Below, piece by piece: positions 44,621 to 54,656 of a DNA stretch of 64,000 nt. The notes under the pieces are model-generated. The model had not been told where the DNA came from, ran no database searches, and was given only the letters and a program-made list of their open reading frames with translations. Source of the DNA: Acidobacteriota bacterium (GTDB taxonomy: Bacteria; Acidobacteriota; UBA6911; RPQK01; DATIPO01); contig DATIPQ010000005.1 in assembly GCA_035471785.1 (NCBI GenBank), forward strand, positions 11,330-75,329, written 5' to 3'. Made by a program: the position numbers and the translations under genes. Each line of letters begins with the position of its first letter. Within the stretch, counting starts at the first letter, position 1.

Positions 44621-45378
44621 GGCTTCTCCTCCTTGCGGCGCTCTTCCACCTCGCGTTCGATGAGCTGCACGAAGACCTCTTCGATGCCGGTGCGGCCCTT
44701 CTCGTCGATCCGGCGTTTGAGGGCCCTGGGCGAGTCGAGGGCGATGATGCGTCCGGCGTGCATGAGAGCCAGCCGATGACAGTGCTCGGCTTCGTCCATG
44801 TAGTGGGTGGTGACGAAGATGGTCCGCCCCTGCTGAGAGAGGGCTCTGATGAGCTTCCAGAACTCGCGGCGGGCGATGGGATCGACCCCCGAAGTGGGCT
44901 CGTCCAAAAAGAGGATGGGGGGATCGTGGAGTATGGCGCAGCCCAAAGCCAGACGCTGCTTCCAGCCTCCCGGCAGGCGGCGCGTCAATTCCCGCCGCCG
45001 CTCTTGCAGGCCCAGTCGTTGGGCGATTTCTCGCCGCCGCCGCCGCCCCTCCTGGCCGCGCAGCCCGTAAACGCCCCCGAAAAAGCGCAGGTTCTCGGAC
45101 ACGGTCAACTCGTCGTAGAGGGAAAAGCGTTGCGACATGTATCCGATGCTCTGCTTGATCCGTTCGGGTTGGAGGTAGACGTCATAGCCTTCTACGCTGG
45201 CTTCTCCCGAAGTCGGTCTGAGGAGTCCGCAGAGCATGCGGATGGTGGTGGTCTTGCCGGCTCCGTTGGAGCCCAGGAAGCCGAAGATCTCGCCCGGCTC
45301 GACTCTGAAGCTGACCCCGTCGACGGCCACGAAATCGCCGAACTTGCGGCTGAGATCCTGCACCTGCACTCCCTTCAT
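44617..45378 (-). CDS. ABC transporter ATP-binding protein
   Basis: GSNGAGKTT Walker A. Confidence 0.85.
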   Translation of the reverse strand: MKGVQVQDLSRKFGDFVAVDGVSFRVEPGEIFGFLGSNGAGKTTTIRMLCGLLRPTSGEASVEGYDVYLQPERIKQSIGYMSQRFSLYDELTVSENLRFFGGVYGLRGQEGRRRRREIAQRLGLQERRRELTRRLPGGWKQRLALGCAILHDPPILFLDEPTSGVDPIARREFWKLIRALSQQGRTIFVTTHYMDEAEHCHRLALMHAGRIIALDSPRALKRRIDEKGRTGIEEVFVQLIEREVEERRKEEKP

Positions 45379-46175
45379 GAACGGGCCTCGCTTTGCTGGT
45401 CTCGGCTATTGTCGAGGTGCTGTTGCCGCACCAGGGCGACAAAGGTTTCTTCCATGGAGGGCAGCTCTTCTTCCATGCCCGAGGCCCGGGCGCGGCGCAG
45501 TTGGCCGGGCTTGTCGCAAGCCACCAGACGCCCCTCGTACATCAGCCCCACCCGGTCGCAGCGTTCGGCTTCGTCCAGGTAGGCGGTGGCCAGCAGGATG
45601 GTGATGCCCTGGTCCGTCAAGCCGCTGAGGATTCTCCAGAACTCGCGCCGCGAGACGGGGTCGACGCCGTTGGTGGGCTCGTCCAGCAACAAGATCCGCG
45701 GCTGGTGCAGCAGCGCGCAGGTCAGACCCAACTTCTGTTTCATTCCTCCCGACAGTTTTCCGGCCGGGCGCGAGAGAAAGTCCTGCAGGCGGGTCATCTG
45801 CAGCAGCCGGCTTCCCCGCTCACTCAGGGTTTTCGGGTCCAGCCCGAACAGGTCGGCGTAGAAGCGCATATTCTCCTCCACGCTGAGGTCGAAGTAGAGT
45901 CCAAAGCGCTGGGGCATGTAGCCCAGGCTGTCCTTGAGCTGGTATCCGGGCCGCTTGCCCGCTTCGATGCGGTGGCCGTCCACCAGGGCTTGGCCGCCAT
46001 CGGGCGCCAACAGTCCGCAGAGCATGCGGAAAGTGGTGGTCTTGCCGGCTCCGTCGGGTCCCACCAGACCGAAGATCTCGCCCCGCTCAACGCGCAGGTC
46101 AAGGCCGCCAACCGCTTCCAGATTGCCGAAGCGCTTGCGCAGATCCCGGCACACGACCGCCGCCTCCCGGCTCAT
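45375..46175 (-). CDS. ABC transporter ATP-binding protein
   Basis: GPDGAGKTT Walker A. Confidence 0.85.
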   Translation of the reverse strand: MSREAAVVCRDLRKRFGNLEAVGGLDLRVERGEIFGLVGPDGAGKTTTFRMLCGLLAPDGGQALVDGHRIEAGKRPGYQLKDSLGYMPQRFGLYFDLSVEENMRFYADLFGLDPKTLSERGSRLLQMTRLQDFLSRPAGKLSGGMKQKLGLTCALLHQPRILLLDEPTNGVDPVSRREFWRILSGLTDQGITILLATAYLDEAERCDRVGLMYEGRLVACDKPGQLRRARASGMEEELPSMEETFVALVRQQHLDNSRDQQSEARS

Positions 46176-47377
46176 GCCGCTGGTTCCTCCTCGTTCAGGT
46201 CTTGTCGGGCAGGCTGCAAGGGGATCTCGACGTCGCAGGGCATGTTGAGCTTGAGTTCGCCCCGCGGATTCTCGAGGCTGATCTTGATGCGGTAGACAAG
46301 CCGCGAACGCTGCTCCGGGGTCAGCACCTGACGGGGCGTGAACTCGGCCTCAGAGGCGATGAAGGTGATCTCTCCGCGGTAGACCTTGCCCGGATAGGAA
46401 TCGGTGCTGACCTGCACCGGCGAGCCCAACTTGACCCGTCCCAGCAGGTTTTCGGGAATGTAGGCGCGCATCCAGGGCCGGGCATAGTCTCCCAGGCTGA
46501 GGATGGGGGTGCCCGCTGCCACCACTTCGCCCGCTTGGCCGCTCTTCAAGAGCACCACGCCGTCGATAGGAGACAAGGCTTGCGTGTCGTCCAACTGGGA
46601 TTCGATCTGGCTGACCCGCGCTTGGGCCCGTTCGATCTCAGCCCGAGCGGTCTCGATGGAGCGCGAGAGGCGTTCGATGTCCAGGCTTCCAGCCTGCGCC
46701 AGCCTGAGTTGGGCCTGGGCCTGTCGGACTCGCGACCGGGCTGCCTCGATGTCTTCTTGGCGAGGACCCTCCCGCAACAGGTCGAGGCGCTGGCTGGCCT
46801 GCTCCGCCTCGGCCTGAGCGGTTTGGTAGGCCGTTTCGACCTGGTCGAATTGCTGGCGCGAGATGTCTTCGTGCTCCACCAGCGGCTGGGCGCGCTTGTA
46901 GTCGCTCTCGGCCTTGGACAGCCTGGAGCGGGCCCGCCTGAGGGCGGCGTCAGCCTCTTCGATCTCCTGCTTTCGGGTGCCTGAGAGCAACTCTTGCAGC
47001 AGGGAGCGCTGAGCCTGCAGGGCCGATTGGCGCTCCTCCACGGTGCTTTCCAGGCTCTCCTGCTGGAAGGCTCTCTGGGCCCTCAATTCGTCAACCCGAG
47101 CCGAGGCCGCCTTGAGTGCCGCCAAGGCTTCCCGGCGCCGCTGCCGCAACTCCTCATCGTCCAGGCTGGCCAGCAGGCTGCCCGCCTCTACCGGTTCGCC
47201 CTCCGCGACCCTGATCTCTTCGATTCGGCCGGCCCTTTTGAAAGCCACCTGGACTTCAGTCATCTCAATGTTGCCGGTGAGGCTGATTCTGTCGCTCGCT
47301 TGCGGGACAGGCCACAGCAGCCAGGCCGTGACTGCCAGCCCGGCCAGGACGAGCAAAGCCAACCCAGTCTTCTTCAT
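46172..47377 (-). CDS. HlyD-family membrane fusion protein
   Basis: N-terminal TM anchor, long coiled-coil, beta-barrel/lipoyl regions. Confidence 0.85.
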   Translation of the reverse strand: MKKTGLALLVLAGLAVTAWLLWPVPQASDRISLTGNIEMTEVQVAFKRAGRIEEIRVAEGEPVEAGSLLASLDDEELRQRRREALAALKAASARVDELRAQRAFQQESLESTVEERQSALQAQRSLLQELLSGTRKQEIEEADAALRRARSRLSKAESDYKRAQPLVEHEDISRQQFDQVETAYQTAQAEAEQASQRLDLLREGPRQEDIEAARSRVRQAQAQLRLAQAGSLDIERLSRSIETARAEIERAQARVSQIESQLDDTQALSPIDGVVLLKSGQAGEVVAAGTPILSLGDYARPWMRAYIPENLLGRVKLGSPVQVSTDSYPGKVYRGEITFIASEAEFTPRQVLTPEQRSRLVYRIKISLENPRGELKLNMPCDVEIPLQPARQDLNEEEPAA

Positions 47378-47381
47378 CTTG

Positions 47382-48728
47382 CTATTCCTCCCTCTGCCCG
47401 ATCGGTCCCAAATGGCTCCTGATGGTTCCGATGGCAGCCCGCAGTTCGACGCGGGCCGTGCCGCTTTCGAAGAGCGCCGAATTATAGTTCTCGCGTGCGC
47501 GCTCCAGGCTGGCTTGAGCTTCGGTGACCTCCAGCGAATTGGCCACGCCGGCCCGGTAGCGGCGTTGCGCCCGCTCCAGTTCTTCTTGTGCCAGGTCCAG
47601 ACCTTCTCGCGACACCTGCACCTGCTGGTCGGCCAGGCGGGCCCCGGTCAGGGCCAGGCGCACTTCCAGCTCGACTTCCTGGCGCAGGTCTTGCAGGAGG
47701 GCTTGGCGGCGCCGCAGCAGCGCCCTCGCTTCGGCTTGCTGGGCCTTCAGGCGTCCCCCCTGGAAAATGGGGATGTCAAGGCGCAAGCCCAGCGTCCAGG
47801 TGGGCAGGGAATCATCGGCATAAATGCCGCTGGAACCGTAGTCGGCGAACGCCGCCACCGAGGGCAGGTGGCGGGCCCAGGCGGCCCGCACACGTCTTTG
47901 AGCGCTGCGCACCTGGTCCTCGAGCGCTTTCAGGTCAGGACGCGAGGCGCGGGCCGTCTCGTCGGCCTGGCGGGCGTCCATCAAGGGAGCAGAATCTCGC
48001 TCCAGCCGATCGGTGAGTTCGATGGGTGCGCCGATTTCGGCTCCGATGACGCGCTGCAGGTGCAGGTAGGCCCGTCCCAGCCGGTTCTGAGCCACCAGCA
48101 GGCGCTGCTGCTGATTGGACAGTTGGACAGCGGCCCGAGTCTCCTCCAGGCGGATGCCTGTGCCGGCTTGCAGGCGGCGCCCGGCTGTTTCCAAGAGCGA
48201 ACGGGCCAGCTCAACGTCGGCCTGGGCGGCTTCAAGGTCGGCCCGGGCCCGCAGGGCCTGCAAATAGATGCGGCACACCTCGGCAGCCACCAGATCGCGG
48301 GTGCGCTCCAGGTCGTGAAGGGCGCCCTCAGCCGAAGCCTCGGATGCTTGCAGCTCTTTCAGCGCACTCCAGTCGAAGACCGTTTGGTCGATCTGGGCGC
48401 GGGCGTCGAAGGTGCTGAAGGGCCCGACAAGCCGGGGCGGGCGGAAGTTGCCTCCCTGGTCGCGCAGGCCTAGAGCTTCCAGATTGCGGGTCAGCCGCCG
48501 CTGGTCGACGAGAGCCCGCAGGTGAGGAAGCAGGGCCCCACGGCTGATGTCAGTCCTGGCCCGTGCCGCTTCCAGATCGGCGCGGGCCGCTTCCACCCTG
48601 AGGTTGCCCTGGGGAGCAAGCGCCATCTGGACGGCCTCGGCCAAGCTGAGGCGAAGGGTGTCGGCAGCCTCAACGCTGGGCGCCGTCCCCAGCAGGAGCG
48701 AAAACGCTACGGTCAATAGTCGTCTCAT
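47382..48728 (-). CDS. TolC-family outer membrane efflux protein
   Basis: Signal peptide; tandem coiled-coil repeats typical of OEP family. Confidence 0.8.
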   Translation of the reverse strand: MRRLLTVAFSLLLGTAPSVEAADTLRLSLAEAVQMALAPQGNLRVEAARADLEAARARTDISRGALLPHLRALVDQRRLTRNLEALGLRDQGGNFRPPRLVGPFSTFDARAQIDQTVFDWSALKELQASEASAEGALHDLERTRDLVAAEVCRIYLQALRARADLEAAQADVELARSLLETAGRRLQAGTGIRLEETRAAVQLSNQQQRLLVAQNRLGRAYLHLQRVIGAEIGAPIELTDRLERDSAPLMDARQADETARASRPDLKALEDQVRSAQRRVRAAWARHLPSVAAFADYGSSGIYADDSLPTWTLGLRLDIPIFQGGRLKAQQAEARALLRRRQALLQDLRQEVELEVRLALTGARLADQQVQVSREGLDLAQEELERAQRRYRAGVANSLEVTEAQASLERARENYNSALFESGTARVELRAAIGTIRSHLGPIGQREE

Positions 48729-49354
48729 GCGTCGTTTTCACCTGTCAGTTGCCGCTTTTCGCCTTTGCCGTCCCTGCCCGGGGTGAGGATACCCGTCATC
48801 AGGACGGCGACGATCCGATCCAGAACCTGGCCGGCGGAAAGCGGCAGTTCCGCCAGCACCTGGGGCGTGATCAGTCCCTGAACCATGGAGAGGAAGATGC
48901 GCAGGATGAGGTCGGTGCTGAGGTCCTCGCGAAGAGCGTGCTGCTGCCGGCCCTCTTGAAGCAGGCGGCGGAAATGAGAGCTGAGTATCCGCTCGCGTTC
49001 CTGCACCAGTTCCTGCCACACCTCGGGGGCGCCGCCGCGCAAATCGCGGAAGAAGCGCTGCGAAGGCTGGGGCAGGGCCTGGGCCAGGCGCTTGAGGACG
49101 ACGCGCAGCTTTTCGGCGAAGTCGCCGTATTGCCGAGCCGTGGCGTCGCGCAGCACCTGGTCGATATGCCGGGTTCGCCCCAGCAGCACCTCCCGCAGCA
49201 GGGCTCGCTTGGAGTCGAAGTGCTGATAGAGCGTCCGCTTGCTCATGCCCAGGCGCCGGGCCAACTCGTCCATGGTCACGGCCCGGATGCCGTCCCTGAA
49301 GAAGGCCTCCTCGGCCGCCTGTCTGATCTTGTTCTGCGCTGCGCCTTGTTGCAA
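48725..49354 (-). CDS. TetR/AcrR-family transcriptional regulator (TTG start)
   Basis: HTH …FFRDGIRAVTMDELARRLGMSKRTLYQHF. Confidence 0.85.
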   Translation of the reverse strand: MQQGAAQNKIRQAAEEAFFRDGIRAVTMDELARRLGMSKRTLYQHFDSKRALLREVLLGRTRHIDQVLRDATARQYGDFAEKLRVVLKRLAQALPQPSQRFFRDLRGGAPEVWQELVQERERILSSHFRRLLQEGRQQHALREDLSTDLILRIFLSMVQGLITPQVLAELPLSAGQVLDRIVAVLMTGILTPGRDGKGEKRQLTGENDA

Positions 49355-49373
49355 TTGCGAGTCTGCTCCCTAG

Positions 49374-49390
49374 AAAACTGAATGAGTTTT
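49374..49390. promoter_or_regulatory. Inverted repeat AAAACT-GAATG-AGTTTT 20 bp upstream of tetR start (candidate TetR operator)
   Basis: Perfect 6-bp arms. Confidence 0.35.
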
Positions 49391-49468
49391 ATAAGTTTCC
49401 AACGCATCTTAGCTCACTCTCTCCGCTCTTGTCAAGACCATGGAGTTTCCGACAACGCGGGTCGCTTG

Positions 49469-50479
49469 CTATGACTCGGGACCGACTTGCAGGATGAGTT
49501 TGCCCTGGTTGGCGCCTTCGAAGAGGTCGTTGAGGGCTTGGGGCGCGTTTTGCAGTCCCTCGCGGACGTCCAGGCGGTACTTGAGGCGGCCTTCCATCAG
49601 CCAGGGAGCCAAGTGCTGGAAGGCCTCGTCGCTGCGGTTCAGGTAATCCATCACGATAAAGCCCTGCACCTTGAGGCGCTGGGTGAGGATGCGCACGAAG
49701 TTGTAGGGACCTGGGACCGGCTCTGTGGCGTTGTACTGGGAGATGAGTCCGCAGACGGGGATGCGCCCGTAGCGGTTCATGCGCGCCAAGACGGCGTCCA
49801 GAATCTTTCCGCCCACGTTTTCGAAGTAGATGTCGATGCCCTGGGGACAGGTTTCCTCGAGGCGCTCGTAGACGTCCTCGCTCTTGTAGTTGATGGAGGC
49901 GTCGAATCCCAGGTCTTCAGTGATCCAACGGCATTTTTCGCCGCTTCCGGCGATGCCGATGACGCGGCAGCCCTTGATCTTGCCGATCTGTCCCACCAGC
50001 GAACCGACCGCTCCGGCGGCGGCTGAGACCACCAGCGTCTCTCCCTCCTTTGGATCGGCCACATCCAGCAGTCCGAAGTAGGCCGTCAGCCCGATGTGCC
50101 CCAGCACTCCCAGGTAGGCGGTCAGGGGGACGGGCAGCTCGGGCAGTTTGGTCAGTTGCTCGCCCGCCAGCGCGGCGTACTCCTGCCATCCCAGCAGGCC
50201 TTGGACATGATCGCCCTTTTTGAAGCCGGAATGCTTGGATTCCTCCACCTGGCCCACGGCGATGCCGTCCATGACCCGGTTGAGCTGAACCGGCTCCCGG
50301 TAGGAGGGTTCCTCGTTGGCCCATCCGCGGTTGGCCGGATCCAAGGAGAGGTAGATGACCCGCACCCGCACTTGGCCTTGCTGCAGGGGATCCAGTCCGC
50401 CCTCCACCCACTTGAAGTCCGATTCCTCGAGCCGCCCCTCGGGACGGGAGACCAACTGCCATTGCCGATTGACCGTCAT
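49469..50479 (-). CDS. NADP-dependent oxidoreductase, MDR superfamily (YncB/CurA/leukotriene-B4 dehydrogenase-like)
   Basis: …VIYLSLDPANR… Rossmann AAGAVGSLVGQIGK. Confidence 0.8.
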   Translation of the reverse strand: MTVNRQWQLVSRPEGRLEESDFKWVEGGLDPLQQGQVRVRVIYLSLDPANRGWANEEPSYREPVQLNRVMDGIAVGQVEESKHSGFKKGDHVQGLLGWQEYAALAGEQLTKLPELPVPLTAYLGVLGHIGLTAYFGLLDVADPKEGETLVVSAAAGAVGSLVGQIGKIKGCRVIGIAGSGEKCRWITEDLGFDASINYKSEDVYERLEETCPQGIDIYFENVGGKILDAVLARMNRYGRIPVCGLISQYNATEPVPGPYNFVRILTQRLKVQGFIVMDYLNRSDEAFQHLAPWLMEGRLKYRLDVREGLQNAPQALNDLFEGANQGKLILQVGPES

Positions 50480-50691
50480 GTTCTATCCTTTCCGCCACTT
50501 TTGCCGATGGCTTCTTCCCCTTCGCAGGTTTCGTTTGATTAGAACAGTACCATAGATTCAAAGGTAAAGAATGAGTGCAGAGAAGGGCCTTTCGAACGTG
50601 TGTGCCGGGTTCCTTGCGCGACTCGGAGGGACGCTTCAGGAGGGCTGAAACATCCTTGAGATGCAGAAATTCGCTGGAAGAACTCCCTGGA

Positions 50692-50720
50692 TTGAACTGA
50701 GCCATGCGACAGGCTACAAT
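50692..50720 (+). promoter_or_regulatory. Candidate sigma70 promoter TTGAAC-17-TACAAT for act operon (~200-nt 5' UTR)
   Basis: Near-consensus hexamers with 17-bp spacer. Confidence 0.4.
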
Positions 50721-50922
50721 ACGGCGCGTGACCGTGAGAGCGCGGGCACCCGGACGGAACGGTGATACTCTGCCAGGGGAGGCACACGGATCACCGCAGC
50801 AGATCAGATGCAACCCTCTCTATTCCGTTCAGGTCAGGCTCCGGTGGGTGCCGCGGGAGTGAACTCGCGGCCGAATGCCGGGTACCGAACCCCGATGTAA
50901 CTGGAAGTAGCGACGCTCGCAT

Positions 50923-51579
50923 ATGGGACAGATATTTCATCGAAGCACGAATGCCTACGCCAAGCTGAGCATTGCGTTCGGAGCTTTGCTTGTCGTGATT
51001 CTGGGCTGGGTGGCCTTCACGCTGCACGGATCGCCCTACGTGACTCGGCAATACATTCCCCGTGAACAGAAGGTGCCCTTCAGCCACCGCCATCACATCG
51101 CCGGCTTGGGCATAGATTGCCGTTACTGCCACACCTCGGTGGAGGAAAGTTCTTTCGCCGGAATCCCTGCCACGGAAACTTGCATGTCCTGTCACTCTCA
51201 GGTCTGGACCGAGGCCCCCATGCTGGAGCCGGTCAGAGCCTCCTGGCGGGATGAGCTTCCTTTGGAGTGGAACCGGGTCCATGACTTGCCCGACTTCGCA
51301 TACTTCAACCACAGCGTGCATATCAAGAAAGGGGTAGGATGCGTCACCTGCCACGGACAGGTCGACCAGATGCCCCTCATCATGCAGACTCAGACGCTTC
51401 ACATGGGATGGTGTTTGGATTGCCACCGCAATCCTGAACTCTACGTGCGTCCGCGCGAGGAGGTCTTCAACGTGAACTGGACGCTTCCCGAGGGCGTGAC
51501 CCAGCGCGAGTTGGGCCTGCGCCTGGTCGAGGAATACGACATCCGATCCCTGCAATCCTGCTCGACGTGCCACCGATGA
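50923..51579 (+). CDS. actA: Alternative complex III subunit ActA (pentahaem cytochrome c)
   Basis: Five CxxCH motifs (CRYCH, CMSCH, CVTCH, CLDCH, CSTCH), N-terminal TM. Confidence 0.85.
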   Translation: MGQIFHRSTNAYAKLSIAFGALLVVILGWVAFTLHGSPYVTRQYIPREQKVPFSHRHHIAGLGIDCRYCHTSVEESSFAGIPATETCMSCHSQVWTEAPMLEPVRASWRDELPLEWNRVHDLPDFAYFNHSVHIKKGVGCVTCHGQVDQMPLIMQTQTLHMGWCLDCHRNPELYVRPREEVFNVNWTLPEGVTQRELGLRLVEEYDIRSLQSCSTCHR

Positions 51580-54500
51580 CTACGGAATACTCCAAGCCCC
51601 GGCGCACCGAATACTGGGAGCTGTACGACAAGATGCTGGCGCGGACGTCCGAAAAGGGCGGACGCGACTACTGGCGCAGCCTGCACGAGCTGGCGGAGAC
51701 TCCCGAGTTTCAGGAATACTTGAGCCGCGAGTTTCCACATGGCGCTAGCGAGATGCAGGACGCGGTGGGACGGCGGCGCTTCCTCAAGCTGATGGGAGCC
51801 TCCATCGCTTTGGCGGGAGCCACCGCCTGCACCAAGCAGCCGGTTGAGAAAATCTTTCCCTACGTGCGTCAGCCCGAGCAGATGGTGCCCGGCAAGCCTC
51901 TTTTCTTCGCCACCGCCTTCACCATGGGCGGGCGGGCCCGGGGAGTGCTGGCCGAGAGCCACATGGGACGCCCCACCAAGCTGGAAGGCAACGAGATGCA
52001 TCCGGCCAGCCTGGGGGCCACCGATCTCTTCACCCAGGCGGCCGTGCTGTCGCTCTACGATCCCGACCGCTCCCAGGTGGTGCGCAACGCCGGCCAGATC
52101 CGCACCTGGAGCGTCTTCGCCGACCGTTATCGTCAAGCCATCGAAGAACAGGCCGCCCAGCGGGGCGCAGGTTTGCGCATTCTCAGCGAAACCGTGACTT
52201 CGCTCTCTCAGGCCGCCCACCTGCGGCGGGTTTTGGAGCGCTTCCCTCAGGCCAAGCTGCACCAGTGGGCACCCCTCAACCGCGACAACGTCTTCGAGGC
52301 CACCCGCATGGTTTTCGGCGAGCCTCTGGAAGTCCGCTACAAGTTCGACCGGGCCGACGTCATCGTCTCCCTGGACAGCGATTTCCTCCACGGTTCCGAG
52401 GCTCCGGTGCGTTACGCCCGCGACTTGGCCGCCCGCCGCGACCCTTCGGGGGACGGGCCCATGTCCCGCCTCTACGCGCTCGAAAGCAACTACTCCGTCA
52501 CCGGAGCCTACGCCGATCACCGCTTGGCCGTGCCGCCTTCGCACATAGAATCGGCGGCCCGGGCGCTGGCGCGACGAATCGGCTCGGGGGGCGGACAGGA
52601 TTGGGGCGAGCACGGGGAATGGATCGATGCCGCTGCTTCCGATTTGCAGGCGGCCGGCGCCGGCGCTCTGGTGCTGGCCGGAGACCACCAGCCGCCCGCG
52701 GTTCATGCTCTGGCTTACCTGATGAATCAGGCGCTGGGCAGCATTGGCCGCACGGTGGAGTTCACCGACCCGGTTGACGCCTTTCCCGTCAACCATCTGG
52801 AGTCGCTCAAGGAACTGGTCGACGACATGAACGGCGGCGATGTCGAGGTGCTGCTGATACTGGGCGCCAACCCAGCCTATGACGCGCCCGCCGATCTGGA
52901 CCTTGCTTCCGCTCTAGACAAGGTGCCGCTGCGCGTCCACCACGGACTCTACGTGGACGAGACGGCCCGCCTCTGCCACTGGCACGTGCCTGGCGTCCAC
53001 TTTCTGGAAAGCTGGGGCGATTGCCGCGCTTACGACGGGACGGTGACCATCCAGCAGCCTCTCATCGCGCCTCTCTACGGCGGAAAGAGCGTCTACGAGG
53101 TGCTTTCCTTCCTGACCGGTGAGGAAGGCATCAGGACCTACGAAGCGGTGCGGGAATTCTGGGAAGACAACAGCCCTTCCATCGATTTCGAGTCCTTCTG
53201 GCGGCAGAGCGTCCATGATGGAGTGGTGGCCGACAGCGCCCTGCCCGCCCGTCAGGTCAGCGGGTCGGCCCAGGGTTTGCCTCAGCCTTCGACCTCCATA
53301 CAGGGGATGGAGGTGGCTTTTTTGCCCGACCCCACCCTCCATGACGGTTCCTTCGCCAACAACGGCTGGCTGCAGGAATGCCCCAAACAGCTTTCCAAGC
53401 TGACCTGGGACAACGCTTTGCTGGTCTCTCCCGCCACTGCCGAAAGGCTAGGACGGGTCTCCAGCGATGCCGCCCTGAAGGGTGAGATGACGCAGTGGAG
53501 CGTGGCCGGCCAGATGGCCCAGGTCAAAGTCGGCGGACGCACCATCGAGGCCGCCTTGTGGGTGCTGCCCGGACACGCCGACGATTGCGCCACCCTCTTT
53601 CTGGGCCATGGACGCAGCCAGGCCGGACGGGTCGGCAACGACACCGGATTCAACGCCTACCCGCTGCGCGCCTCCGACGCCATGGGCTTCGCCGGCGGAC
53701 TGGAGATCACGCTGCAGAGCCGGCGCTACCCGCTGGCCTGCGTCCAGGACCATCACAGCCTGGAGGGCCGCAACCACTACCGCGCCGCCACCCTCGAGTA
53801 CTTTCGTGAACACCCCCACTTCGTAGAGGAGTTGGAGCACCTTCCGCCCGATGACCTGCCCACCCTCTATCCCGAGTGGGACTACCAGAACGAATACCGC
53901 TGGGGCATGGCCATCAACCTGGGCGCCTGCACCGGATGCAACGCCTGCGTGGTGGCCTGCCAGGCCGAGAACAACATTCCCGTGGTGGGCAAGGACCAGG
54001 TGCTGCGCGGACGCGAGATGCACTGGATTCGGGTGGACCGCTACTTCAAAGGCGACATCCATGCTCCGGCCGCCTTCAACCAGCCCGTTCCCTGCATGCA
54101 GTGCGAGAACGCACCCTGCGAGCCGGTTTGCCCGGTGGCCGCCACCGTTCACAGCGATGAAGGCCTCAACGACATGGTCTACAACCGCTGCGTGGGAACC
54201 CGTTATTGCGCCAACAACTGTCCCTACAAGGTGCGGCGATTCAACTTCTATCTCTACGCCGACTGGGACACCAAGTCCCGCAAGATGCAGTACAACCCCG
54301 ACGTCACCGTGCGCAGCCGGGGCGTCATGGAGAAGTGCTCCTACTGCGTGCAGCGCATCAGCGCCGCCCGCATCGAGGCCAAGCGCGAAGACCGCCGCAT
54401 CCGCGACGGCGAAGTGAGGACGGCTTGCCAGCAGGTGTGTCCCACCGAGGCCATCCTCTTCGGCGACCTCAACGACGCCGACAGCCGGGTGGCGGCGGCC

Positions 54501-54638
54501 AAGCAGCAGCCGCACCACTTCGCCATGCTGGCCGAACTCAACACGCGTCCCCGCACCAGCTATCTGGCGCGCATTACCAACCCTCACCCCGGTCTGGAAA
54601 CACCCGTCGAGCAGGCCCAGGAAGAAGGGCATCACTGA
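51576..54638 (+). CDS. actB: ACIII subunit ActB (molybdopterin-oxidoreductase-like domain fused to 4Fe-4S ferredoxin domain; twin-arginine RRRFLK motif)
   Basis: RRRFLKLMGASIALAGA; C-terminal multiple Cys clusters (CTGCNACVVACQ…CEPVCP…). Confidence 0.85.
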   Translation: MTTEYSKPRRTEYWELYDKMLARTSEKGGRDYWRSLHELAETPEFQEYLSREFPHGASEMQDAVGRRRFLKLMGASIALAGATACTKQPVEKIFPYVRQPEQMVPGKPLFFATAFTMGGRARGVLAESHMGRPTKLEGNEMHPASLGATDLFTQAAVLSLYDPDRSQVVRNAGQIRTWSVFADRYRQAIEEQAAQRGAGLRILSETVTSLSQAAHLRRVLERFPQAKLHQWAPLNRDNVFEATRMVFGEPLEVRYKFDRADVIVSLDSDFLHGSEAPVRYARDLAARRDPSGDGPMSRLYALESNYSVTGAYADHRLAVPPSHIESAARALARRIGSGGGQDWGEHGEWIDAAASDLQAAGAGALVLAGDHQPPAVHALAYLMNQALGSIGRTVEFTDPVDAFPVNHLESLKELVDDMNGGDVEVLLILGANPAYDAPADLDLASALDKVPLRVHHGLYVDETARLCHWHVPGVHFLESWGDCRAYDGTVTIQQPLIAPLYGGKSVYEVLSFLTGEEGIRTYEAVREFWEDNSPSIDFESFWRQSVHDGVVADSALPARQVSGSAQGLPQPSTSIQGMEVAFLPDPTLHDGSFANNGWLQECPKQLSKLTWDNALLVSPATAERLGRVSSDAALKGEMTQWSVAGQMAQVKVGGRTIEAALWVLPGHADDCATLFLGHGRSQAGRVGNDTGFNAYPLRASDAMGFAGGLEITLQSRRYPLACVQDHHSLEGRNHYRAATLEYFREHPHFVEELEHLPPDDLPTLYPEWDYQNEYRWGMAINLGACTGCNACVVACQAENNIPVVGKDQVLRGREMHWIRVDRYFKGDIHAPAAFNQPVPCMQCENAPCEPVCPVAATVHSDEGLNDMVYNRCVGTRYCANNCPYKVRRFNFYLYADWDTKSRKMQYNPDVTVRSRGVMEKCSYCVQRISAARIEAKREDRRIRDGEVRTACQQVCPTEAILFGDLNDADSRVAAAKQQPHHFAMLAELNTRPRTSYLARITNPHPGLETPVEQAQEEGHH

Positions 54639-54656
54639 AGCGGAGCAAGAGGATAA

